Assembly (NCBI GenBank): GCA_028534125.1
Contig: CM052832.1
Location: forward strand, 15,068,001 to 15,132,000
Length of the DNA stretch: 64,000 nucleotides
Source: Lama glama
Lineage: Eukaryota
Direction of reading: 5' to 3'
Shown: in pieces, positions 1 to 12,470 of the stretch
How positions within the stretch are numbered: the stretch's first letter is position 1
Layout: each line of letters begins with the position of its first letter
Position numbers and translations under genes: made by a program
Notes under the pieces: model-generated
Seen by the model: the letters and a program-made list of their open reading frames with translations, nothing else
Database searches by the model: none
What the model was told of the DNA's origin: nothing

Positions 1-2199
1 CTGTCTCATTTCTCCTATGCCTCAAGGTACACAGTGAAATGAGAGAAAAGCCTTGTCACCTAGAGCACTTTATACATATTTACTGTATTACTTTTGCATA
101 ATTTACTGAACTCCCTTTGAAAGAGACATGACACCCCATATTGAATTCCTACCCATTCTTCCTAATTCTTCATCTCGAGCTTCCAGCCTCCACCTTGTCT
201 GGGACCATCCCTGCCCACACCAGCCCTCACCTGCCTCTGACTCCAACTCCTAATGGTTGGTGCTTTCACATCCTCTAGTCTCCCTGTTGAGAGAGTGAGC
301 TGGACCCTGAGGTTAGGGTCTATGTCATCTGTTTCTTTTGTGGGTCCCCACAGAATTGAGACAGATGAGTTAAAATTTTTTTTAACAGAAAGATATCAAT
401 GTGAAAAAAAGTCTCTCTGTGCCTAAAAGAAATCAGGCACAGAACTTACTGGAAAATAGGCAGCAGGTACCTGATTCAACATGAGAGATCAAATGAGTGG
501 GTTTTGTTTCAGTTTGTACAGTTGTATTTGTTTGCTGATGCTGGTCAAGGATCTACTACAAGCCCCATATTTCGCTGTTGAATGAGACCTTTTTTTCCCC
601 TTAGCTTTTGTTTGGTTTCCAGTTCAATCAAAAATATGTATATTTTATGTGCAGCTTGAGGTTCAGCATATGTGTATGGCACACGGTTTTCAGAACTTCC
701 ACGTGCCTGCTCTAGGCAGCTTTGGAGCATTTCTAGCAACTGAGACAGGACCAGAGGGCCTGGTGGAGAACAGGAGAAGGGAACTGGGGGATCAGTCACA
801 ACAGCTCACCGTATACCATCTTTCATAGTCGCTTCTTGATCATTCCACCAACAATCCTTCAGAGTGGTCAGGGCAGATGTCCTATTTTATAGATGAAGAA
901 ACTGAGGTCCAGAGAAGTGAATGTGTGGGAGGCCACCTAGCTAGTCAGAATCAGAGCTGGGCTTAGAATCAGGGTCCCAGATGCCCAGCACAGTGCAGGG
1001 CCCCCTACTCACACCTGAATGTCACAGGCAGGTCCTTTTAGTCCAGAAGCTCTCAGTGCAGGAGCCTGGGGATGGTGTCAAAGGTGGTTTGCAGGCTGGC
1101 TTCATGTTGGTTTTCCCTCTGCCCCATGGAGTGGGGGATAGTCAGCCTTGTGTCCTGCGTGAGTGGGGCCTGATGTCCCCTGACTCCTTCCTGGTGGTGC
1201 TGTTATAAGCCAACGTGTCCATTGCAGATTTGCATGTGAACAGAAGAACATAGGGAGCAGTGAAAATTACCCATTCATCCCACTATCCAGAGTGACAACC
1301 TTGATGTGCTTGTGTATTTCCTACTAGCCCTTCTTCTGTGTAGTTTGCGAAGTCGAGAGCATAACATCTCTGTAGTTCTGTAGCCAGCTCTTGTCCACCA
1401 AACTACAGTTGGGAGCATTTCCCAATATCCTTCAATAGTCTTTGGAACATGGTGTTTAATGGCTATGTAATCACCCACCGGGGGCGCTATCATCTTTTAT
1501 GTGTCATGTCTCACTGGTGGCTGGTGGGGTGTGAGGTTTCTGAGCTGCTTCCTCGGCCTGTCTGTGCATGTCCATGAGGAGACGTGACACGGAAGGCTCG
1601 GGTGCTGGATAGTAGGAAGGAGGAGGTGGGATAGGCCCTACCTAATTGGAGTGGTTATCCTAGGAGTGACAGGTGCTCAGGTGCTCCCTGTGAGGGTGGG
1701 TGGGAAGGTGGACGTGACAGATGGAGTGTAGGAGGCGGAACCAGGTGTCCTCTGTGATGCCGTGCACATAGGCTTGGGGGGGGGGAGAGGTGCCCAGCTG
1801 GACTGCAGGCCTGAGTCTGGGGGATTGTGGCTTCACTTGATTCCTGCTCAGGATGAAAGCCCCCACAGCCAAATTCAGCCCAGGAATAGCAATCCAGTGT
1901 GGCAGCTGAGGGAGGGGGTGGGTAGGGGGCCAGGCGGGCAGGAAGGAGAAATGACCTCACTCGTACCATTTGCTGTGGACAGGTGGGGTGTGTAGCCGGA
2001 GGGGCCTGGGAGAAGGAAGCAGGTGCCCCAGGGCTCCCCAGGTGGCATTGCCTTGGTAGCCCATCTTGCCCACCTTGACTCCAGCCCTCCCTCACTCCCT
2101 GGGTCACTCCCTAAGCCCTGCTAATGTCCGATCTGCTAGCCTCTGCTTCTGATGTTCCCTCAGCCCCTGAAGAATGCTCTGTCCACCTTTTCTCTGCTT

Positions 2200-2815
2200 T
2201 ATGTTAAAAAAAATTGAAGTATACTTAAATAGTAAAGTACACAAATTTCAGGGGCACTACTTGATGAGCTTTATAAATGCACGTACCTGCATAAACATCA
2301 AGATACAGTACATTTTTCAGCACCCTAGAATGTTCCATAATCCCTCCCTCCCCAAGGCTAATCAGTAACCTGACATTTAACAGCATAATTAATTTTGCCT
2401 GATTTTGAGCTTTATATAAGTGGAATCATACGGTAAGTTTTTTTTGTGTGTGGCTTCTTTCAGTCACATTGTCTGTGAGATTCATCCATGTGGTTGAGTA
2501 TTTTGGCAATTTACTCTTTTTCATTGCTCTATACTGTTCCACTGTCATTGTTTGTATAGTTCAGCATTTATTTACTCATTCTGTTGCTGCTGGACATCTG
2601 GGTTGAATCCAGTATTTGGCTATTATGCATAAAGATCTTCTGAACATTTGTGTACATGTCTTTTAGGGACTTAAGTGCTTATTTGTATTGTACACACAGA
2701 CACACACACGTACACACACACACACACACACACTTGCTGGCTCTTTGGCTGCATGAATGATTAGATTTAGGAGGAACTGCCAAATATTTCCCCAAAGGGA
2801 TTATAGCTTCTTGCC
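2200..2815 (-). mobile_element. Old L1M 3' fragment containing a (CA)n tract
   Basis: AT-rich block with typical antisense L1M phrases (aattgaagtata, tggaatcatacggta, gagattcatccatgt, ggacatctgggttg, aactgccaaa). Confidence 0.8.
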
Positions 2816-4999
2816 ACCTTTTTTTTTTTGTTTGCTTTGGAAATTCCACCTGTGCTTCAAAGACCCATCTCGAGCACCATCTCTCCCGACATCCTGATGG
2901 ATAATGACACTGGTCACTTGGGTGTCAGCTCTACAAGGCAGGGTTGTGTCCCTCTTCTCTGCTCTATCTCCAGGGCCTGGAACAGCTAGGTTCTTCATAA
3001 AATGAATAGTTGAATATATGTGCCTGGCACCATGTCAGGGCGTTCACATAGGTTATCTAATGTAAATCACGAGCTAGGAAGTCAGTATCCCTGGCCTTAA
3101 TCTACAGGTGAGGAAACAGGCTTGTCCAGAGAGCAGCGGAGGCCTGCAGCACTGCCTATCCCTGAAGCCTGTGCTCATTCCACAGCTCTCAGCGGCATGT
3201 GTTTGGAATTTCTTGCTCTTTTTCAGTTCGCCCACTTTGATTTAACTCGGCCTCATATTCTAGTCCGGGGGTTGTTGAATTAAATCTCGTGGGTGACCCA
3301 GTTAGCTTGTGACCCAGCCAGCTCCTGAAGGATCTGTCAGCTTTTTCTTCATCCTGAGGCTGTGCCCTAGAATCAGGGATTTCCAGGTTGGGGTAGGGGT
3401 GGGAAGGCCAAAGAAACCCACTCGTATGAAATTAAAACCCTCTTTTGGCATGGACAGCATTTATACCTTTTCAAAATCCCTTTCCATTGGTTGTGACAAT
3501 CCCTAGAGGTCACAGCCTGGCCACTGTCATTTGCATTTTCTAAGTGAAAAAATTGGAGCTCAGAGAAGTGATGTGACATGCCCAGAGTTGTCACGGAGCC
3601 TGAAGAAGAGCTGGGGTGGGGGCTTTGGACGCTTGCTTTCCAGCCATGTGCTGACCTGATGGGGAATTGGAGTTAGGCTAAAAACCCAGAAAGGCTTGCT
3701 CCACGGCCCCTTTGGGAAGCTGGTATGGCTCTTTCAGGTCATTGATTTACTAAGTGGTCTTTTAGAGCCCTGAAAGGTTTGTTGGGTGTCTCAGGGGCAG
3801 ACCTCCTGAGGAGCCTGGTTGCCAGGAGGCCACTGTCCATGTTGCTGAAACAGGGCTTTGCTGTTGGGAAGTGGAAGAGGGGCAGCAGAGCTGGCCTTGG
3901 GGGCGCTATGGCTTCCCAGGAGGTGCTATCCTGCCGGTTTTGGTGGGAGCTGGGCATGTGGCCGGGCAGACGGTGTGGGCGCCTTGATATTTTAATTGAA
4001 GCCTGGAGATACATGGTTGCTCTCTCTGCTGTGCTAACAATGTATGGAATAAATAATTCAGCAGTGGCTGTGTTGTGCCTGCTGTTCTCACCCACGGGGA
4101 TGGCCACATGTGTGCTCAACATGCAAGCTGCCAGTGGGCCAGGAACTGCTATTATGGGTTGGTGGCTGGACCAGAGGCAGCGCATTGCCATTTTAACAGG
4201 GCCCTGGTCACCTCTTAACCCCGGTGAGTCGGTTTCCTCCCAGGCTACCCCTGAGGAGAGGTTAGTGGAATGCAGGGCCAGCTGCTCCTGTGTGCTGCAA
4301 TTAAGTGGCACTTAAAGGTCCGTTTGTCCTCAGCCCAGCCTGAAATGCCAGCAACCTGGAGAAAAGGCCCTTCTTAATGGACGCTCTCCCTGGGCTGTGT
4401 TTGAACTGGTTCCATTGAATTCAGCAAATATTTATAGAGCTCCAAGTTTCTGCAGGATACTGGAGCAGGTGGTGGAGATGGGAGAGGTTGCCAGTGAATA
4501 AATCTGAGTCCTTCCTGGATGAGGAGGTATGACATGCATATGATTTGTCACAGCTCAATGTGGGAGTGTAGGGGGGCTGTGGTGGAGGTGCAGGTGAGGG
4601 TCTGTGGGGGCTCAGAGGAGGGAGAGGTTGGTTCTGACAGGGATACATGGGGTGGCTGCCTGGAGGAGGTGTCCTGCAGGCAGAGAGGGAGCCATGATAA
4701 TGCATTAATGGAAATGACAAGTATGGTTGGAACTATAGGTATGTCTGGTATGAATGGGCTTGTGGCATGAGAGAGGGTCAGCAGATGGGGAGTTGGGATG
4801 GATTAGGGGCCTAGACCAAGACTGTGGACTTGAGCCTGCAGTTTGGTGCATTGGTCCTATTTGAGGGTTAAAATATTCCTTTGGATATTGAGTGGAGGGT
4901 TGGTTGCAGGCCAAGGCCTGAGACCAAGAGTGGTTAGGAATCTGATGGAACAATTCAGGCTAGAGGTTATGGTGGCCTGAATAATGGCCTTAAACATGG

Positions 5000-5530
5000 G
5001 GTCATTTATTCATTCACCAATCAAATGGTGACATGTTGGGCAAAGTTAGGAATATAGCAGTGAACAAAAACACATGAAGTCCTTGCCCACATGGAGCTGA
5101 CCTTCTAGAGGGGGAGCAAGACAGTAAACAAGCAATCATTCAAGTGGTGACAGGTGCTGTGGAGGAAAATGACAGAGGGTCAGGGGTTTCGAGAGTGATG
5201 GAGGAGGCAAAGGGCTCTTTTAAACAAGGTGGTCAGGGACTAGGCATTTGAATATAGACCCAGGCAGGTAAGGAAGGGATGGGTGAAGGGTACAGCCAGT
5301 GCAAAGGCCCCGAGGCAGGAACACTCTTGATCCATCTGAGGAACAAGGAGGCTGTTCAGAGAGGAGGAGAGGTGGCACAGCTAAATCAGCAGGAACTCCT
5401 GGGTCCCAAGACAGAGTTTGACTGTTCACTCCAGATGCAAGGAGCAGCCTTTGGAGAATTTAAGCAAAAAATGATGGGATCAGATTTATGGTTTAAAAGA
5501 CATTCTCTGGCTGCCCTGTGTAGGCTGAAC
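5000..5530 (-). mobile_element. L2 fragment
   Basis: cattcattcaccaa...gcagtgaacaaaa...ggagctgaccttctag...cagccagtgcaaaggccccgagg: antisense L2 3' region. Confidence 0.75.
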
Positions 5531-7539
5531 TTTTGGCCTTGTCAGAGGCAGACACGGAGGAGTTTATTTGTAATAACCCTCCCTCCTTCCCTTACTCCTT
5601 CCCCTCCATTCCGCCCTCCTCCCAGGAGACAGTCAACCCCCAACCTCCCCCACAGAAAGCCCCTGAGGAGGCCTCTAAGAGGCCTAGCAATTCTGCAGAG
5701 CCCTGTTCTTCCTTGTCCCCTGCCCCACACCCCCATCCTCAAACCACGACCCACCATGGCTGGGACCCTCAGCCGCTGCTAGATGGGCCTTGTCCAGGGC
5801 CTCTCCGAGCCTTAGTTTTCCTAACCCATAAGGTGAATGAGCATCGTGGCAAATGTCTCCCTCACTGGGTTAATGTGAGGTTTAAATGGGAGAACATACG
5901 TGAAAGGTGTAGATGGAAGGCCATTATTATTACAATTTTCAGCACCAGAGGGAAGACCAAAAGGAATGGTTGAGGGGGCCCTGAGAGTAGTCATTTAGGA
6001 ACCTGTGACTTCAAATGGTGGCCCTGGCTGAAACATAAATGGATTCAAAAGCTGCAGGGAAAGAACTTTGGGGAGGCAGGTGCCCAACAGACTGCCAGAG
6101 GAAGTTGAGGGTGTGGGGTGTCTCCTTGCTCTGAGGGCGATGCGGTGACCTGTGGTGCTTGTGCCTTGGGCTGGGGAGACTGAATCCTGTCCTCACTGGA
6201 GGTCCGTCCTCAGCTTCCCTTGCACCTTGTGCCCCCTCCAGGCCCCTCCCACCAAGAGGTAGGGCCAGGAGGGCGTTTCCAGCTGGAACCCACTGTGGGC
6301 ACAGAAGTGTCTTCACCTGGGGGGATGCTCATGCTCCCCACCTTTCACACCCCAGCCCTTCTCTCACCCGCAAAGAAACTGGTGAGTCCTCAGCCCCTAA
6401 TCAGATAGGGCCCAACCACAGGAACCTCCCTCTGTCCCTCCTCGGGAGGGTGGTTGAGTTAACTGCTGCTCATATTTTTGGCAGAGAGCTGGCAGTGAGA
6501 CCCAGACTGGGAGAGCGTTAATTGTGGGGCTCCTTCTGGGGAAACCCTCTGAGTGCCATCAGGGAATCGTGGCTCTGCTGAGGGGCCCCAGGTCCTTCGG
6601 GAGCAGCTTATAGAGCTGTAAGCAGGGAGACACAGCCTCCCTGGGGTGGGATTGGGGGAGAAGACTGAAGGAAAGGGCCTGTTTAATTTAATTCTGTGTT
6701 TTATTGCTCGTTGGATAAATAACCTTCATTAAGATGGAAGGTGGGGGGATGGACAGCGAAGTTTGATTAATTTTGAGCTGGTTTCTCGTTTGTTAATTTT
6801 CTCCCAGTTCAGCAGGATTATTAAAACAAATTACAGACACTGCTCTCTCCTCCCTGGGCTGGAGCGGGGCTTGGCTCACAGGAGTGATCCTGTCCCTCTC
6901 CCCTTTCTGCTACAGTTACTTATGTGTAGCTTGGGGTGAGGGATGAAGCCTTTCCTTCCTTAGGGTCTCTGGGCAACACCCCCACTTCTCGTGGGGTTTT
7001 CATGTCCCTGCAGCCTCAGGGAAAAGCTGGATAACCAGGAAATGGGGGTGGGGAGTGCTGGCCAGCCAAGGCACCCTCCCTCCAGCAGAGCCAGTTACCT
7101 GAGTGAACTGGTGCCTGGGGCAAAGGACAGTCCTGCCAATTCCAGCCCCCACCCATGGTATCCAAGGGAGCAGGACAGGGGGGTGAGCATGGCAGGTGGG
7201 CAGACAGCCTCTGGGCTGCCCTATGCTGGTGCCCAGTTCCTCTGTCGTCCTCCACTCCCACTGACCCTGTCTAGGCCCATTAGCCTTCGCACACCTTGAG
7301 CTCTGCCCCTGCCAGGCTGTATCTCCCATTGGCTGGATCAGCCCTGCAGAAAAACTGCCCCCTGCCGGGTGTTAATGGGGGATAGTGGTCAGCACTTTCC
7401 TGCTCACTGTTGGCAGTTAGGAGTTCCAGCTGCTTGAAGGGCAACTAGGCAGGGTGGTGACATTTCGGGGGGACTATGAACATTCTTTTGTGCTCCCCTA
7501 AATGCACAGTAAATGCTGCCTCTGCCAGTTCTGGTTATA

Positions 7540-7950
7540 CTGGCATGTGTGTGTATGTGTGTATAAGCGTGTGTGTACACACACACAGTCGGGTGTATTT
7601 ATCACTGTGAGCCACCATGAGCATATGTGTGCTTGTGTGTCCAGGAATGTGTGTGGACCCATTGTGAGTCTGAATGTGTCTCAGGTATACTCAGGTGTAC
7701 CTGAGTGTGCATGCCTGTTTCAGAGCACACTGTGTGTCTCTAAGTGTGAGTGACTGAGATGTACTTCTGTGTGTGCGCGAGTGTCTGTGTACCTGGGTGT
7801 ATGTGGAGTGGGCAGGGGTGAGCACTTGGGGGTGTGTGTGTGTGTGTGTGTGTGTGAGCATATCTGGGACACCCCTGTGGCACACGCACGTGGGTGGACT
7901 GAGTCTGCCAGCTCCTGGCAGGGCTGCCATGTGTGTCCGTGTGTGTGTGT
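7540..7950. repeat. TG-rich low-complexity tract with pure (GT)12 at 7832-7855
   Basis: Read directly; explains the VC- and HT-rich ORFs in the track. Confidence 0.9.
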
Positions 7951-9699
7951 TTCCTTCTCCGTGGCCCTGCCACCATCAGCTGATACTCTGGAGCATGAGG
8001 TTGGATTATGTGGAGCTGGGCAGTCCTGACCTGGGGTGACTTGTCTCTGCTTGGCTTCTTGTAGCCTGCGGGACACAGGGGTCCCCTGGAGAGAAACCAC
8101 TCCCTGTGGTCAGCCCACCCTGGAGGATCTTCCTGCTGCCTTCATCTCCAGGCCTGAGCTGGAGGAAGGGGCTTGGTGGAGGAGAGCTGCCAAGTAGGAC
8201 AGATGCAGCCTGGGTCAGGGGAGGGCTACCATCTTGACCTCTAAAGCCCGGGGATGGGGAGTGGGTGTGAGGTGCCTCAGTCTCTGTGGCTCACAGGCTA
8301 TTGGGGCTACCAGTCCTGTGAGGCACAGCTGACTCCAGACACTTACTCCAAGAGAGACATTTTCGATAAAGTCAGGCGAGAAGGGCCATGAGTCAGGGGA
8401 TGGGGTGGGGGCGCTGCTTTGGATGAGCTGTTCAGCGACAGTCTCTCTGAGAAGGTGACGTTTGACCAGAGATGTGAATGAGTGAAAGAGGATGCTCTGT
8501 GGCTCTGTGGTGAAAGGCCAGCTAGGCAGGAGGCACAGCACGTGCCAAGGCTGTGAGTCTGGACCACACCCGGGAGGCCAGTGTTGGGGGAAGTGAGTGG
8601 GGGGAGGAGGTTGGTAAGAGCTGAGGCCAGCAGGGCAGCAGGTGTTGAGGAGATGCTTGGGGGACTTTGGGCCCTTCTGAATTGACCCTGCAGGTGTCCA
8701 CTGTCTGCTGGCTCCTAGGGACGGCCTCAATGTGCTGGGAGGCAGGACCCCTCACCAGGCTCTGCCACCAGCGGCTGTTCCCAGAGGGACCTGCTGAGGC
8801 CCGGGTTAGGGGTAGAGCTTGGTCAACCCTCTGGCTTTTATGGTGATTCTAGGGCAGGGTCTGAGTGGGTGGGACAGGGTGGGAGGAGCTTCTCTCTCAG
8901 AGAGAAGTGTCAGCTCAGATCACCAGTTGCTGGAAACTGAACACATTGGGCCTGGACAGGGAAAGCCTGTGGGCATGTCCTGCCTGTCTCCTCATTGTCT
9001 GGACAGGCTCCAGACGTGCTGGTGGCTCTTGCCTTGGGCTCGGAGGGAAGCCAGGCAGCAGGATGGAAGGATTCCTGCCTCTGGCGTTGGAGGGCCTGTG
9101 TTTTACAGTGGCTGAGCAATTGAGGGCCAATGACTTCTTTCCCCAGTTTCCAAATCCTTGCCTACAAAATGCAGATAATCATGTCTACCTTGAAGGGTTG
9201 TTGCTAGGGGATTAAGTGAGGTTAGAAGGCACAGTCACAGGCCAGTCCCCCGACTGGACCTGAGATGAGGGTGGCAGGCAGTTTTCCTGGGAGGTGACCT
9301 CAGGTTGGAGGAGTTCTGGTGCAGGTGACTTAATGAGCAGGTTAGCTCGGAGGGTGACCGGGGCCCGTCCCACTGGGACTGCTGGGAGACAGCATAGAGC
9401 AGGTCCTTAATACCGAGCAGGGACTGGCTGTTCCCCACCACATCCCAATACCTGGCACGCTGTGGGCAGGTGGAATGTAGTTGCTAAACTAAATCAGACA
9501 TTTAGCAGTTTCTGCACAATTTGGAGGGATGTAGGAGGGTCTGGGGAGAGATCCACTCCAAATCATACCTGCTATCCTTTGGGAGAAGCTGGGCCCTTCC
9601 AGGCTGGAGGCCGAATTCTGGGCTGAGAATCACAGGAGGCAGCACAGCAGAGCTGGAGGGTCTCAGACGTGATTCAGTTCAATCCTCATTTCTACGGGA

Positions 9700-9920
9700 G
9701 GTGGTGTAGCATGATGGCAGGCAGAGCCCAGAGGCAAGGGTTCAGATGCATCTCTTTGGACAAGTAATTTAACTTTTCTGGGCCTCAGTTCTCTCATCTG
9801 TAAAATGAGATGAATGCTGGTACCTCTGTGACAGGTCTCTGGTGAGGATTAAATAAATTAGTGCTGAGAAAAGAGCCTGGCACACAGTAAGCACTTAATA
9901 AATATCAGCTATTATTGCAA
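9700..9920 (+). mobile_element. MIR
   Basis: Core cctcagttctctcatctgtaaaatgag and 3' part gcctggcacacagtaagcacttaataaatatcagctattatt. Confidence 0.85.
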
Positions 9921-10305
9921 CTGTTACTTTTATGATTAAATGAGAAACCTGGGGCACAGGATGGAAGAGGGTCTAGTTTGAGGTCACACAGTGAGTTAGT
10001 GACAGATAGAATTCAGGTCCTTTCCATTGTGAAAAGCTCACAGAGCAGCAGAGGGTGCTGGCAGTAGGAATGGGCAGGACTGACCTTCTGCTCCACTCTG
10101 GGCTTAGTGCCGGCCCCCTCCTCACCCTACTGTGTCACTGGGGCAGCTGGAGAACCCTCATGAGCCTGGTTATCTTGAAGGAATGGGCTTGGCCCAGAGA
10201 AGCAGGCAGCTGGCCCTGGAGAACTTGTTTGACTGTCTCCTGGCTCCAGAACCTTTGTTTGGTTTTTGGTGGGCTCAGAGTTTAGGGAGGGGCTCACCAA
10301 AAGTT

Positions 10306-10543
10306 TTTTTTTTTTATTGAGTTATAGTCATTTTACTATGTTGTGTCAAATTCCAGTGTAGAGCACAATTTTTCAGTTATACATGAACATACATACATTC
10401 ACTGTCACATTCTCTTTCACTGTGAGCCATCACAAGATCCTGTATATATTTCCCTGTGCTACACAGTACAATCTTTTTTATTTATTCTACATTTTGAAAT
10501 CCCAGTCCCTTCCCACCCCTGTCCCCCTGGCAACCACAAGTTT
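10306..10543 (-). mobile_element. Young 5'-truncated retrotransposon copy, L1 3'-end-like, with 16-bp TSD
   Basis: Poly-T start and L1 3'UTR-like text (tttccctgtgctacacagta, ccctggcaaccacaagttt). Perfect direct repeat GGGCTCACCAAAAGTT at 10290-10305 and 10544-10559. Confidence 0.85.
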
Positions 10544-10739
10544 GGGCTCACCAAAAGTTGATCAAAGGAGGGAGATGCTCGGAGCTGGAGGGCTGGTAGG
10601 GGAAGTCATACTTTGTTGTATTTCCACAGACACCCCTGGCCCGGGCTGCCCTCACCTCTCAATTGGACTAGCGCTGCAGTCTTCCCACTGCACATGGAGA
10701 TTCCTATCTTGCCCCCGGTTCTGTTTTCTGTATAGCCAT

Positions 10740-11180
10740 GTCTCATGCTGTGTTCTCCCATCCTCACTGGGTTTTTGTCTTTCCTTGAACCCGCCATGGG
10801 CCCTTGGCCACAGGGCCTTTGCACCTGCTTCCCTTCTGTTCAGCTGTTCTTCCTTTCCCTCTTTGCCTGGATATTGCCCACTCATCCTTCAGTGTCAGCT
10901 CATTGCCCCTCCTCAGGGAGCCCTCCTTGGGTGCCCTGACCAGATCGAAGTCCTTATTCCAAGCTCTTACAGGCCCCCGGCCTCTTCTTCCCAGTACGCC
11001 TCAGAGGTTGTGGTTATGTATGTGCTGGTGCGCATAGCCGGTTAGAAACCCTCTCTCCCATCGGACTTGGTTCTATGAGGACAGGGATTTGTCTGCTTTT
11101 ATTCACTGTGGCATCCTCGGTGCCTCCCATGGTGCTGGGCACATACTGAGTGCTCAGTAAATATACTTTCAATGAATAAA
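10740..11180 (+). mobile_element. L2 3' fragment
   Basis: Ends in ctgggcacatactgagtgctcagtaaatatactttcaatgaataaatg, the L2 3' terminus. Confidence 0.75.
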
Positions 11181-11714
11181 TGACGGGGTGGGAAGCCCAT
11201 ATCATCTCCCCTCTTGCCAGGGCCCAGAAAGCCTCATTTTGCAGGTGAAGATGGGGCTTCTACAGCAAATGTCCCTTAAGAGGGAACCCTTGAGTACACC
11301 TACATGTGGGTCCCTTTCTGAGGGTGCTGATGACAGATGGGTCAGCGCAAGGGGTGGCCAGTGCCTGAGGACAGCCATAGGGGCAGCCAGGAATCAGTAA
11401 AGCTCTTGCAGGGTGGCAGTGCCCCCTGCAGGCTGGGTTTTCTGGAGCTGGCTCTGCCCCAGGGCCCCATGGGAGGCAGTGCTGGTTCAATAGGGTGGTC
11501 AGGGGATAGATGAGTTCTATAAGTGGCCAGCTGCCAGTCTGCCCTGTGGTCTTGGCTAAATTGCTGTCACTTGGCCTGTCCGTTCCTCAGTTTCCTCATC
11601 TGGACCAGGCCAGTGTTTCAAACTCTTTCTTAAGCAGATTTATTTCCCCAACAGAATCTTGTAGAGGAACCCACTATGAAAATCAGCTAAAAGGAGACAA
11701 TTGCTCTGGTTTGT

Positions 11715-12470
11715 CCATCCATTCATTGATCACTGATATTTATTTGCAGAGCCTGCAAAATGAGGGCTTTGGTGCCAGATACTGTCCTAAGTCTAGGGGC
11801 TAATGGCAGTGAATAAGGCAGACAAAACCCCTCTGTCCCTAAGGGACTGACATTGGGGAGGCAGACAGGAAGAAGGACACATGAATGAAATGTATAGTAT
11901 CATCAGCGGTGACAAATGGAAACGGCCAATGCAAAGATCCTGAGGTGGGCTCCTGTCTGGTGTGTGGGGAGAAACAGCACAAGGCGGGGGTGGCTGGAGC
12001 AGAGTGAGCAAGGAGTAGGGGGCGGAGTAGAGGGAGGTGAGGCCAGGAGGCTAAGGGGGCCAATTGTGAAGGGCCTAGTGAGCCGTTGAAAGATGTTGGC
12101 TTTCACTCTGGCTGAGGTGGGAGCCTCTTGAAGAGAGGAGGGACAAGATCTAACTCAGGTTTTAAATGTGCCCCTCTGGCTGCCAGGTGGGGAATGGGCA
12201 GTGTCTGTGTGTGGGGATGGTAGTGAGTGCGGGGTGTGGGGGCAGCGAGGAGGCTGCTATAATTGTCCAGGCCAGGGATACTGGAGCCGTGGCCCAGGTG
12301 GTAGTGGTAGAGGAGGTGAGCCGTGGTTGGATTCTGGATCTGTTTTCAAGGTAGAGTCAAGAATATTTGCTGATAAATCAGGTTTGGGGCATGAGAGAAA
12401 AGGAGTCAAAGACACATCTGATGCTTTGGGCTGAGCAGTAGTTACCTGGCTGGGAAGGACTTCAAGAGGA
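11715..12470 (-). mobile_element. L2 fragment
   Basis: cattcattgatcactgatatttatttg...gcaaagatcctgaggtggg...gtggctggagcagagtgag...gagagaaaaggagtcaaag. Confidence 0.75.

Noticed and set aside
1474..1490. CTCF-like CCACCGGGGGCGCT (similar text at 3893-3908)
   Set aside because: One or two bases short of the CCACCAGGGGGCGC core spacing; cannot be supported without a matrix score.
3739..4315. Overlapping 190-aa (-) and 178-aa (+) ORFs
   Set aside because: No recognisable homology; such lengths arise by chance in GC-rich intron, and the + ORF starts at TTG.
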